In this document: positions 20,706-32,000 of the stretch, piece after piece | Layout: every line of letters starts with the position of its first letter | Numbering within the stretch: position 1 is the stretch's first letter | Notes under the pieces: generated by a model | Told to the model about the DNA's origin: nothing | The model's input: the letters and a program-made list of their open reading frames with translations, nothing else | Database searches by the model: none | Sequence record: OY751497.1 | DNA length: 32,000 bases | Reading direction: 5' to 3' (one strand) | Program-made: the position numbers and the translations under genes

Positions 20706-21342
20706 AAATACAAATAATAGTTATTAGAAGGATGTATAAATAATTTGTATTAAATCTATATAAATTTAAATAAAATATATATATTTCAGATTTAAAAAAG
20801 TAATAGATAATAATTCTTATTTCTTATTTAGTTTATTGTATATACATTATTATGAAATAATTAAATTATAAATAAAATTAAAAGTATAAAATAAATATAC
20901 TAAAACCGTTTAATTTTTTTTTTATGTAGTTTTTTTAATTCTTTAAATTTTTCTAGTTACTACAAACTTCTATTTTTTAAAATAAATAATACTTCCACAA
21001 CTTAAAAACAAAAACTTTTAATAAGTTCTATTCCTTATTTGACGTAGGACGTAGGACGTAGGGCGTAGTACGTAGTTTTTTGTTTTTTGTTTTTATTTGT
21101 TTTTTGTTTTTTATTTGTTTTTGTTTTTATTTTTAGTAGTGGTAATAGAACTAGTTCTAGTATACGTTCTAGTATTACTATAAAAAACTAGAAAGTATTT
21201 CGTCTTTTATACGTCTACGTCTACGTCTCCGTAGAAAATAAATATATTAAATATAAATTTAAAAGACGAACAACATCTACAAATTGTAGTAGTACTAGTT
21301 TATTACTATAAAATATTATTAATTTAATAATATTATAATTAA

Positions 21343-21415
21343 GGAAGCAGAACTCGAGTGGTTTGAGTGTCCCCCTTTTAAGGGGAAAGTCCTGGTTCAA
21401 GTCCAGGTGCTTTCA
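21343..21415 (+). tRNA. trnK: tRNA-Lys (anticodon UUU)
   Basis: Acceptor ggaagca/tgctttc. D stem actc/gagt. Anticodon stem tcccc/gggga with loop ct-TTT-aa. T arm cctgg-ttcaagt-ccagg. Confidence 0.85.
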
Positions 21416-21730
21416 ATTAAAGTATAAAATATAATATGTTTTTCTATTCTTAATAAAAATTAAAGAAATATTAATAAATTTTTAAAGAAATTATAATTAA
21501 AGTTTTATTTAAAATTTATATTTGGTAGAAATATAATATATATTAAATATTTTAATTAAAATTTTATTTAAGGTTAGGAATGAAAGTTTATAAAATAAAA
21601 ATAAGTTTATAATTTAAGATGAATAAAATAATCTATAAATCTAGAAATATAAAATTTAAATAAAAATATAAAAATATATATCCTTAATTAATTTAAAATT
21701 TTAAAATTTTAATATTTTTAAGCTAATTAG

Positions 21731-23338
<1,608 letters not shown>

Positions 23339-23367
23339 ATTTTTTATTATATAATAAAATTAAAAAA

Positions 23368-24270
23368 ATGAAAATTTTAATAATGTATATGATAAATATA
23401 TTTTTAATGAAATTATTAATATATAATTTTAAATTATTTAAAAATATAATATTTAATATAGTAACTTCGTATACACTTATTAAATATATTTTAGGTTGTC
23501 AAAACTTTTATCTATTTGAAAAAATCATTCTTTCCTTTAATAAATTATTTGAAAATTTAATTGAATGGGAAAGAGAAGTAAAATCTTTAAAGAGATTAGG
23601 TTTATTATTAGGTACTGAAAATAATTTTCAATTTGAAACTTCAATTGTATATATAACTTCACCACAAGAACAAGATGAAACTAGTGATAGTGGAAATGGA
23701 AATGGTAGTGGTAGTGGTAGTGAAGATGAAGAAGATAATGATAATTATATTCCTAAAAATTCTATAGATAAAGGTAAAAATAAGTCAGTGCTTCATGAAA
23801 ATAATGAAGATGTAAATGAAGCATTGATAGAAGTAGCCGAAAAAAGTAAAAAAGGAGATAGTTTACCTAAAATAGAGGAAGAAGAAGACTTTGTAGAGAA
23901 TCAAGATAGTAGAAATACTTCTAATCCAAAACCCAGAGATCAAGAAAATCCACATATGGAAGATAATTCAAATAATAATTATGTGGATGATGAAGAAGGA
24001 CTTGTGGGTAAATTAAAAAGAAACTTTGGTTTTGATAATTTAGCTTCACTTTGGAATAGTAGTAATAACTCTGCTAGCTCTTCAAATAATAATAATGATA
24101 GTAATAGTACTTCTTCTAATGCTAATGCTAGTTCTTCTTCTAGTTCTTCAATTAATAATAATGATAGTAATAGTACTTCTACAACAAATAATAATAATTC
24201 TCAAGGTCGATTTTTCATAGATGAAGATTATGATTCAGATTGTGAGGATGAAGACTTTGGAGATGAGTAA
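23368..24270 (+). CDS. Orphan ORF of about 300 aa counted from the first ATG after the cox1 stop (the track reports 330 aa from 23278, overlapping cox1). N-terminal part hydrophobic and basic, remainder strongly acidic with Ser/Asn/Gly low-complexity tracts.
   Basis: The frame is open for 993 nt in AT-rich DNA. Acidic runs include SEDEEDNDN, IEEEEDF and DEDYDSDCEDEDFGDE. An internal 27-nt direct repeat lies at 24088-24114 and 24154-24180. I recognise no family. Confidence 0.45.
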   Translation: MKILIMYMINIFLMKLLIYNFKLFKNIIFNIVTSYTLIKYILGCQNFYLFEKIILSFNKLFENLIEWEREVKSLKRLGLLLGTENNFQFETSIVYITSPQEQDETSDSGNGNGSGSGSEDEEDNDNYIPKNSIDKGKNKSVLHENNEDVNEALIEVAEKSKKGDSLPKIEEEEDFVENQDSRNTSNPKPRDQENPHMEDNSNNNYVDDEEGLVGKLKRNFGFDNLASLWNSSNNSASSSNNNNDSNSTSSNANASSSSSSSINNNDSNSTSTTNNNNSQGRFFIDEDYDSDCEDEDFGDE

Positions 24271-24271
24271 G

Positions 24272-24293
24272 AGAACTTCTATTTAGAAGTTCT
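24272..24293 (+). terminator. Hairpin directly after the orphan-ORF stop codon (9-bp stem agaacttct/agaagttct, loop attt). A role in 3' end stability or termination is inferred.
   Basis: Perfect stem read directly, beginning 2 nt after the TAA at 24268-24270. Confidence 0.3.
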
Positions 24294-25290
24294 TCTTAAT
24301 ATCTTGTTGCAATTCGTAGAAGTACTACGTTGTAGAGAAAGAGACAGAGAATAAGAATTATAATTAAATATTAATTATTATTTATTTTTCTTGTTTATAT
24401 TTAATCCCCTTCTAAAAATTTTAATTTTTTTATTAATAATTATTAAATTTAGTATTAATATTATTATTATATATTTTTATTATTGTAACTGTTTTTATTA
24501 CTACTTCTTTGAATAGTAGTAGTTTTTATTTCTACCTTTCTAACTTTTTAATTAATTTAAATTTTTTATATATGTAAAAGTAGAAATACTTCGTCTTCGT
24601 ATAATAATATTTTCTTTTTACTAAGTACTACTTTTTCTACATAGAAAAAGTAGTACTTCTACGTACTAGTTGTAACTCAAAAGTAGTACTACGTCTAGTA
24701 GTGGTAGTACGTAGTTTTACTTTATAAAAATTTGTCATCCTTTATAGAAAGAATATCTTAATGAAAAATAGTATTTAGAGGTAACTATTCATTGTTATTA
24801 TATTAATTATAACAAAAAATTTAATAATAAAAATTAAAATTAGATTTTTTTTTTTTTTAACCTCTTTACTATAAAAAATTAAATTTTAATTACACTTAAA
24901 TATGAAAACAAGAACTACGTACTTCTACTTCTACTACTACTACTAGAACTATTAGAAGAACTACGTACTTCTACTTCTACTTCTACTTCTAGAACTAAAA
25001 AAATATTCTTAATATTATTTCCTTTTTAGAAGTAGTACTACTATTACGTATTACTATTAAATTTTATTTTTATTTTAATTATATCTTTAAAGAGTTAACT
25101 ATTTATAGTGCTCTTCAGTTTTTAATTTCTTTTGTAATTTCTATAATAATATCATTTTATGCTGAGATTAAATTTAAATTTCCCAATATTTTTATTATAA
25201 GATTCTTACAAAAATTTATTTTATTCAATATTACTATTATAGCTGATTTATTTTTAATATTCCTTAAATAAGTCTTTTAATAATAAAATT

Positions 25291-25378
25291 AAAACTACGT
25301 TCTACTAATAAAACTACGTACTACTACTACGTTGTACTAATAAAAGTACGTATAACTACTTCGTAGTAATAATAAACT
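25291..25378. repeat. Left arm of an 88-bp perfect inverted repeat (partner at 25721-25808, 342-bp spacer)
   Basis: I checked the reverse complement base by base against 25721-25808. The arms are built from CTACGTA/GTAC-type motifs. Confidence 0.95.
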
Positions 25379-25720
25379 AGTATTACGTTTTACGTCCAAA
25401 TTTTAACAGATAAATAATATCAATATTTAGTTAATGATATACCTATTAAAAAAATTGATGGAGATATGAATCCAAAAAGACAATATTAAGAACGTATATT
25501 TTTACATTTTGTATAGGTAAATAAATTAAAAACTTAGGATATAATATTCTGAATCTTAGTAAAATAAGTGATGAATATTAACTTACTTAAATTTTCTATT
25601 AATAGATAGAAAAGACTCTATCTATATTTAGAATCTAGATGAAGTAGTTATACTATAATTTATAATAAATAATTAAAATTTAATTTTTCCTTTTTATAAA
25701 AACAAAATAAATTTGTACGC

Positions 25721-25808
25721 AGTTTATTATTACTACGAAGTAGTTATACGTACTTTTATTAGTACAACGTAGTAGTAGTACGTAGTTTTATTAGTAGAAC
25801 GTAGTTTT
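25721..25808. repeat. Right arm of the 88-bp perfect inverted repeat
   Basis: See the left arm. After a 1-nt bulge (extra t at 25809), complementarity continues for about 5 nt. Confidence 0.95.
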
Positions 25809-26652
25809 TAATTTGTAAATAATCAATCTTTTTTTTTTCTAATTAATAATTTATTTGAACTCTGTAAATAATAAATCTATTAAATTACTTCGTCTATGAA
25901 TTACAAAGTAAATCATAAGTAGAGATTCTTATAAAAACAGTAAATCTAATAATATGGATAATGATCTTTATTCAAATAAATATGAAGAATAAGTAGTACT
26001 ACGAAGTATTTTCTTCTACTAAATTTTTACTTATTACTTTAATTTTATACTTATTACGTAGAAGTAGTACTACTTATTTATTTTTTAGTATTACTTATTA
26101 CTTTAATCTACATAGTACCTACGCTACTTCTTTCTACAATGAAGTTGTATTTTCTACTTCCAACGTAACTATTTTCTTCTTCCAACTAAGATATTTTACT
26201 TACTACTTATGATTTATTTCTATCTAGACGAAGTACTACTTAAATTTAAGTTCTACATACTACTATCAAATAAAAAATAGTATATCATCTTACTTGAAAA
26301 ACTAATTCTACTTCATAAAACGTAGAAAAAATAAATATGACAACTACTACGAAAAAGTACTAGACGAAATACTATTTAAACAAGAACTAGTAAAATAACA
26401 ACTTCTACTTCTTCTTCTTCTATTAGTTCTACTTCTTCTACGTAGACGAAGGTTTTAAACTAGACGTAATTTTATTTCTTTGAAGACGTAGAAAAAACAA
26501 AAGTTTGTAAATACTTTCTATATCTATCCTATTTCTTAGTTTTGTTTTAATATAGGGTTTAATTTATTTATAATATAATATAATAATAAGTAGACTTAGA
26601 TAAAAAAATTAAAATAAAACTATAAAAACTATTAATTAAAAGAGGCTAAGTA

Positions 26653-28386
26653 ATGATTTTCATATCTGTATTAACATTAATTGTGGCTAAGGCCCTACCA
26701 TCACTTACTCATAAATTATCATCTATTTATTTCACTAGAATATCAGCTATAATTTTCATATATGCCGGAGTATTATCATTTAATACTTTTTATATTCAGT
26801 CAATTGGATCAGGTATAGGTCTATATAGTGGATTATTTCAAATTACACAAGTATCTGTTTTAATAGAAGTATTTTTTTTATTAATAGGTTTTTTAATTTT
26901 AATAGCTTGGCCTTTATATAAAGGAATAGGAGTAAAAACTTCATATACATTATTAAACAAAGATTATTCTTTAATTGTATTATTCAGTACTTTAGGTTCT
27001 TGTTTATTAATATCTAGTTCAGATTTAATATCAATGTATTTAAGTATAGAATTACAATCTTTTGGTTTATATGTATTAACCACTTTATATAGAGATTCTG
27101 AATCATCTACTAATGCAGGATTAAAATATTTTTTATTAGGTGGATTATCTTCTTGTTTAATTTTATTAGGTTGTGGAGTAATTTATTCATTAACAGGTTT
27201 AACAAATTTTGAATCAATATATACTATTATTTCAAGTTCTTCTATTAATTATATTATTCAAGGTTTAAGTTTAGGATTATTATTTATAATTATAGGTTTT
27301 TTATTTAAAATAGCTGCAGCTCCTCTACATAATTGGGCTCCAGATGTATATGATGATTCTCCAACTATAGTTACAATTTGGTTAACAATTATGCCTAAAA
27401 TATCAATTATAATATTATTATTAGAATTACAAGAAATAGCTACAATAGGTACAATAGGTTCTGTAAATTCACTAACTATAAATACAAATATTTATAATGA
27501 TATTTTAAATAGTTTAAGTACACTAAAAACTTCTTCTATATCAATGTATAATATAGAAACTTTATTAGAAGGGAATTCTATGTATACGAAGTTATTAAAA
27601 AACTTATTATTAATTACTTCATTATTATCATTAATAATTGGAACTGTAGTAGGATTAGCTCAAACTAGAATAAAAAGATTATTAGCGTATAGTACAATAT
27701 CTCATATTGGATTTATATTATTAGCTTTAGCTATAAATACTGAACAATCTATTGATTCACTAATATTTTATATTATTCAATATACAATTACTAATTTAAA
27801 TATGTTTTTAATTCTTATAGCCTTAAGTTATATAATAATAAGTAATAATTTAAATAAAAAAAATAATAATTCTAAAGAATTATTATTATTTGAAGGAAAT
27901 TATTTAGGAGATATAAAATATATTTCTTCACTAAAAGGTCAATTTTTCTTAAATCCTTTATTAACTTTAAGTTTATGTATTTGTTTATTTTCTATGGCAG
28001 GTATACCTCCACTAATTGGATTCTTTAGTAAACAATTTGTATTATATTCAGCAATTGAAAGTGGATATTATTTTATAACTTTTATAGCAATATTAGTTAG
28101 TGTAATTAGTGCTTCTTATTATTTAAAAATAATTAAAGTTCTTCTGTATCCAGAAATAAATAAACTAGTACATGCAGAGTACGTAGAAAATAATAATTAT
28201 AAAGAATTAGAATTTAATTCAGAAGAAACTAATTTACTAGAAAAAGACTTCAAAGAAGTATTATTAACAAATTTCCATAGTTTTGTAATATCTACTTTAA
28301 CTTTATTTATATTATTGTTTATTTTAAAACCTTCTTTAATCTTAAATATTACACAATTGATATCTTTATCTTTATTTAATTTTTAA
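26653..28386 (+). CDS. nad2: NADH dehydrogenase subunit 2
   Basis: The 577-aa ORF is hydrophobic with an ND2 core ([33 protein letters not shown]). It is followed 1 nt later by nad3, the usual fungal nad2-nad3 linkage. Confidence 0.93.
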   Translation: MIFISVLTLIVAKALPSLTHKLSSIYFTRISAIIFIYAGVLSFNTFYIQSIGSGIGLYSGLFQITQVSVLIEVFFLLIGFLILIAWPLYKGIGVKTSYTLLNKDYSLIVLFSTLGSCLLISSSDLISMYLSIELQSFGLYVLTTLYRDSESSTNAGLKYFLLGGLSSCLILLGCGVIYSLTGLTNFESIYTIISSSSINYIIQGLSLGLLFIIIGFLFKIAAAPLHNWAPDVYDDSPTIVTIWLTIMPKISIIILLLELQEIATIGTIGSVNSLTINTNIYNDILNSLSTLKTSSISMYNIETLLEGNSMYTKLLKNLLLITSLLSLIIGTVVGLAQTRIKRLLAYSTISHIGFILLALAINTEQSIDSLIFYIIQYTITNLNMFLILIALSYIIISNNLNKKNNNSKELLLFEGNYLGDIKYISSLKGQFFLNPLLTLSLCICLFSMAGIPPLIGFFSKQFVLYSAIESGYYFITFIAILVSVISASYYLKIIKVLLYPEINKLVHAEYVENNNYKELEFNSEETNLLEKDFKEVLLTNFHSFVISTLTLFILLFILKPSLILNITQLISLSLFNF

Positions 28387-28387
28387 A

Positions 28388-28771
28388 ATGAATAATTTAT
28401 TTTTTCTTTTTATTTTTGTACCTTTATTAGCAATAATATTACTAGCTTTAAATGTACTATTGGCTCCTCATAGACCTGATGAAGCTAAAGTATCTGCTTA
28501 TGAATGTGGATTCCAACCTGTATACGGTCAAACTAGATCTTCATTCCAAATTCATTTTATGGTTGTAGCTTTATTATTCTTAATTTTTGATCTTGAAATT
28601 TTACTACTATTCCCAATTGCAGTAACTCTTTACCAAGTTTCTACTTTTGGTTTCTCTATTGCAATAATATTCTTCATTGTATTAACAATAGGATTTGTAT
28701 TAGAAATAGGAACAGGTGCTATTGATTTAACTAACTTAGATACAAATAAAAATACTTCGTATAAAAATTAA
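28388..28771 (+). CDS. nad3: NADH dehydrogenase subunit 3
   Basis: The 127-aa ORF carries the ND3 signature ([15 protein letters not shown]). Confidence 0.95.
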   Translation: MNNLFFLFIFVPLLAIILLALNVLLAPHRPDEAKVSAYECGFQPVYGQTRSSFQIHFMVVALLFLIFDLEILLLFPIAVTLYQVSTFGFSIAIIFFIVLTIGFVLEIGTGAIDLTNLDTNKNTSYKN

Positions 28772-29204
28772 TATTTAATATTTAATATTTAATATTTATT
28801 AAATATTTAACCCCCTCCTCCTATGACCACTACTAAAAAATAGAGGTAGATGTAGAGGTAGATGTAGAGGTAGAGGTAAAACTATGAATAAATAGTAGTT
28901 CTTCTTGTAGAAGTATTTCAAATAAATCATTAAGATTATATTAATCTTTAATAAATATTTAATTATAATAAAAATTTCTTTCTATTAAGAACTAATTATA
29001 TTTCTTCTTAGTACAACATACTTCAGCTTCAAGAACTAAAAATAGTACAAGTATAAGAACTAGACGTAGTTCAAGTACTACAACTTCTTTCTTGAAATAA
29101 AGTTTCATGAATCATCTCTAAATGTTTTTCTTCTATTTGAAGAAATTTAAATACTATTAATTAAAAACAAAAAATAATTTTTTTTAAATTATTTAATTTA
29201 ATAC

Positions 29205-29232
29205 ATTTCTATAGAAGTACTTCTATAGAAAT
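29205..29232. repeat. 28-nt perfect palindrome centred on GTAC (at-ttctatagaagtacttctatagaa-at)
   Basis: Self-complementarity checked base by base. Confidence 0.9.
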
Positions 29233-29734
29233 ACTCGTAGTACATAGTGAAACGAAAAAATAAGTAGAAGTATTTGTTTTATTAGATAGGGTAAGGATAA
29301 TTATAATTCTAAATAAATATATAATTAAATTTACTTCTATAATTATTAATTTTATTAGATTTAAATTTATTAAAATAACATATTAATGCTATTTTTTACG
29401 TACTCAATAGAAGTCACAGACGTAGTTTTTAATTATTTTTTAATATAAAAATTTCTATTTTATTATATAACTATACCATATAATTTATTTTTGTTTTTTG
29501 TTTTTAATTAATTTTAATAATATTAATATAAATACAATCATGAATTTTATAAACTTATCATTATATTTATTTTCATCATCTAAAATATTAATTAATCTAT
29601 TTAAATATTTAAAAAAATATTTATTAAAAATAATTATAAATTAAATATTTAAATAGTAATAGTATAATTATAATTATAATTATTTTAAATTAGAATTATA
29701 TATTAAAAAATAAATTATAATTAAATTTAAAAGA

Positions 29735-29807
29735 GGTAAAATTAGTTTAATAGGTAAAATGACGTTTTGTGGCGACGATGTTCAGAGTTCAAGTCTCTGA
29801 TTTTACC
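29735..29807 (+). tRNA. trnH: tRNA-His (anticodon GUG) with encoded G-1 opposite C73
   Basis: Acceptor gtaaaat/attttac. An extra 5' g at 29735 faces discriminator c at 29807. Anticodon loop tt-GTG-gc. T arm cagag-ttcaagt-ctctg. Confidence 0.85.
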
Positions 29808-29820
29808 CTTCAATTTACAT

Positions 29821-29903
29821 CTAGACGAAGTATTAGTAGAACTTCTATAGAAGTTCTACGTCTAGTAGTAATTCATAATAAGTTGAAGTACTTCAACTTA
29901 TTA
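29821..29903. repeat. Double-hairpin element 14 nt downstream of trnH. Hairpin 1 is at 29821-29865 (outer stem ctagacg/cgtctag plus a 22-nt palindrome at 29837-29858). Hairpin 2 is a 28-nt perfect palindrome at 29876-29903.
   Basis: Stems verified by hand pairing. Confidence 0.85.
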
Positions 29904-30037
29904 GTTTGTAAGTAGTAAGTAGTACTAGTTTTTGTTTTTTTATTATTTTCAACTAATTATAAACTTTACATTTTATAAAATAAAAAATATAATTTAATAA
30001 ATATATATCCTAAATGTAATACAATTATAATTATACA

Positions 30038-30224
30038 TTAATATTTTATATAATTAAATAAAAGTAGTTAAGTTTAAATAAAATAATTTAAAGCCTATAA
30101 TTTAATGGTAGAATAATTTCTTGATGAGGAATCTGTAGAAGTTCAAATCTTCTTGGGCTTATATAAATATTATACATTAAGTATAAAAATAAAATAAAAT
30201 ATTATAGTTATAGTGTAAAAATAA
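30038..30224. repeat. Inverted repeat copy B (187 bp)
   Basis: Perfect reverse complement of 20519-20705. Confidence 0.95.
30091..30161 (+). tRNA. trnI: tRNA-Ile (anticodon GAU), copy within IR-B
   Basis: Same fold as the copy at 20582-20652. Confidence 0.8.
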
Positions 30225-31120
30225 TTATTATTAGTTATTTTGTAAAACTAATTATTAGATTAAAATTTAATTTAAATAATTTATTAGTTATTTTAAGAAA
30301 TAACGTTGGAACTATAAAGTAGAAAGTAAAAATAAGTACTTCATATACAACATTGCTGTAATACTTGTTGTACTTGTAGTAGTAGAACTTCGTCTAGTGG
30401 TTGTACTTATAAAAAACTACGTAGTATAATAAAAGAAATAAAAAAACTAAAAAGTACTAGGAAGTAAAAGTACTATTATGTAGAACTTCGTCTAGTAATA
30501 AATATTTCATAGTAAATATAAATAAACTAATATTTAAATTAATTTAAATACTTTAATAAAAAGTAGATGTCTTCATCAAAGTTTATTAATATATTATATT
30601 AATTTAAATTATGATATAATATAAATTATAATAAAATAATACAATATAAAAACTATACTATCATATAAACCATTTTAATTAATAAAAATTTAATTAAATT
30701 CTAAATAAAATTTTAAATAATTTCTTAGTTAAAATTTAATTAATAAATTATAGAAAATTAAATATATAAATTATAAATGAATATAAATTATTTAAATAAA
30801 TTATAATAAAAAACAAAATTTTCGTAGTTCTATAGAAATAATTATTTATAAAAATAAAACAAATAAAAAGTAGACGAAGTACTACTTCTAATCAGAAGAA
30901 CTACTATAGAAGTAGTAATATGCAAAAACTACGTGACTACGTACAAAAACAAAAAACAAAAAATACTTCTTATTTAAATTACTTGTACAAAACTACTTTC
31001 AAGTAAGTAATGCGCGTACGTATAAATCTCTACTTAAATATCTAATAACAAAGAAGTAGTACAACGTAAAAAAAAACAAAAACAAACAAAAAATAAATAA
31101 AAAAACAAATAAAAATATAA

Positions 31121-32000
31121 ATGAGAATATTAAAAACCCATGTCTTGCTTAGATTGCTAAATTCTTATGTAGTAGATTCACCTCAACCCGCTAATATTAC
31201 ATATTTATGGAATTTCGGTTCTTTATTAGCAGTATGTTTAATTATACAAATATTAACTGGAGCTTTTTTAGCTATGCATTATACTCCTAATGTAGATTTT
31301 GCTTTTAATAGTGTAGAACATATAATGAGAGATGTAAATAATGGATGGATAGTTAGATATACACATGCTAATGTAGCATCATTCTTTTTTATCTTTGTAT
31401 ATATGCATGTAGCTAGAGGATTATATTATAGTTCATATAAAACACCTAGAGTTTTAGTTTGGTCCATAGGAGTAATAATTTTAATCCTTATGATGGCTAT
31501 AGCTTTCTTGGGTTATGTTTTACCTTATGGACAAATGAGTTTATGGGGAGCAACAGTAATTACTAATTTATTATCAGCTATACCAGTTTTTGGTCAAGAT
31601 ATTGTAGAATTAATATGGGGAGGATTCTCAGTATCAAATGCTACTTTAAATAGATTTTTTTCTTTACATTATTTATTACCATTTTTATTAGCAGCTTTAG
31701 CTGTAGCACATTTAATAGCACTACATGTTCATGGTTCAAATAATCCAAACGGAGTAAATTCAAATGGAGATAGATATGCAATGCATCCTTATTTTATATT
31801 TAAAGATCTTGTAACTATTTTTGCATTCTTTTTAGTTTTATCTATTATAGTATTTTTCTATCCAAATCTATTAGGTCATTCAGATAATTATATTCCAGCG
31901 GATCCTATGGTTACACCAGCTTCTATTGTACCAGAATGGTATTTATTACCATTTTATGCAATATTAAGATCAATACCTAATAAATTATTAGGAGTAGTAG
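31121..32000 (+). CDS. cob: Apocytochrome b, 5' partial (continues beyond the window end)
   Basis: My translation from the ATG at 31121 reads [103 protein letters not shown]...[23 protein letters not shown]. This is canonical cytochrome b. It is absent from the ORF track only because no stop falls inside the window. Confidence 0.95.
   Translation, partial: MRILKTHVLLRLLNSYVVDSPQPANITYLWNFGSLLAVCLIIQILTGAFLAMHYTPNVDFAFNSVEHIMRDVNNGWIVRYTHANVASFFFIFVYMHVARGLYYSSYKTPRVLVWSIGVIILILMMAIAFLGYVLPYGQMSLWGATVITNLLSAIPVFGQDIVELIWGGFSVSNATLNRFFSLHYLLPFLLAALAVAHLIALHVHGSNNPNGVNSNGDRYAMHPYFIFKDLVTIFAFFLVLSIIVFFYPNLLGHSDNYIPADPMVTPASIVPEWYLLPFYAILRSIPNKLLGVV

Noticed and set aside
21380-21392. GGAAAGTCC, reminiscent of the RNase P RNA CR-I motif
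   Set aside because: It lies inside a well-folded tRNA-Lys (anticodon 3' stem, variable region and T stem), and there is no accompanying P4/CR-V partner nearby.
29540-29644. 34-codon ATG ORF (MNFINLSLYLFSSSKILINLF...) considered as a possible atp8
   Set aside because: It lacks the conserved MPQL N-terminus and the ATP8 hydrophobic-then-basic layout. It is probably a chance ORF.

Overview
This window is strongly AT-rich, fungal-type mitochondrial DNA. I called everything by eye from the sequence and the ORF track, with no database search. The core genes are nad4 (+), rns (-), nad5 and nad4L (-, with the classic TAATG stop/start overlap), nad1 (-), intronless cox1 (+), nad2 and nad3 (+, 1 nt apart), and the 5' part of cob (+, runs off the window end and is absent from the ORF track). 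There are 12 tRNA genes. Eight form a plus-strand cluster at 1-2444 (F, T, M, S-UGA, P, N, L-UAA, E). The others are K, H and two identical copies of I-GAU. About half the window is non-coding. That half is packed with short palindromic or hairpin repeat families built on TACGTA, ACTAGT, TTCTATAGAA and (A5C)n, plus several microsatellites. Eight things stand out. (1) A roughly 3.9 kb minus-strand island (about 2445-6340) has no core genes and none of the CTACGTA repeats. It carries a truncated, stop-interrupted plasmid-type family-B DNA polymerase N-terminus (FDIET Exo I motif) and three orphan ORFs, so it looks like a decayed integrated linear plasmid. (2) A perfect 187-bp inverted repeat, each copy carrying trnI(GAU), brackets a 9.3-kb block (trnK, cox1, orphan ORF, nad2, nad3, trnH). 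This is a possible flip-flop inversion substrate. (3) A long orphan ORF abutting cox1 encodes a very acidic, Ser/Asn low-complexity protein, which is atypical for a mitochondrial gene. (4) The motif TTAAYCCCCYT accounts for nearly all G/C runs of 4 nt or more in the spacers. It lies on the sense strand downstream of every putative transcription unit, so it is a candidate 3' end-processing signal. (5) A 20-nt trailer immediately after that motif at the rns 3' end is perfectly complementary to a conserved internal rns segment. (6) An 88-bp perfect inverted repeat has a 342-bp spacer, and a second, 27-bp inverted repeat has a near-identical spacer length. (7) No core gene contains an in-frame TGA; every Trp codon I checked in cox1 and cob is TGG. 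One island ORF would lengthen if TGA were read as Trp. (8) trnE has C rather than U at position 33. I cannot determine the species, and all functional readings of non-coding elements are inference.
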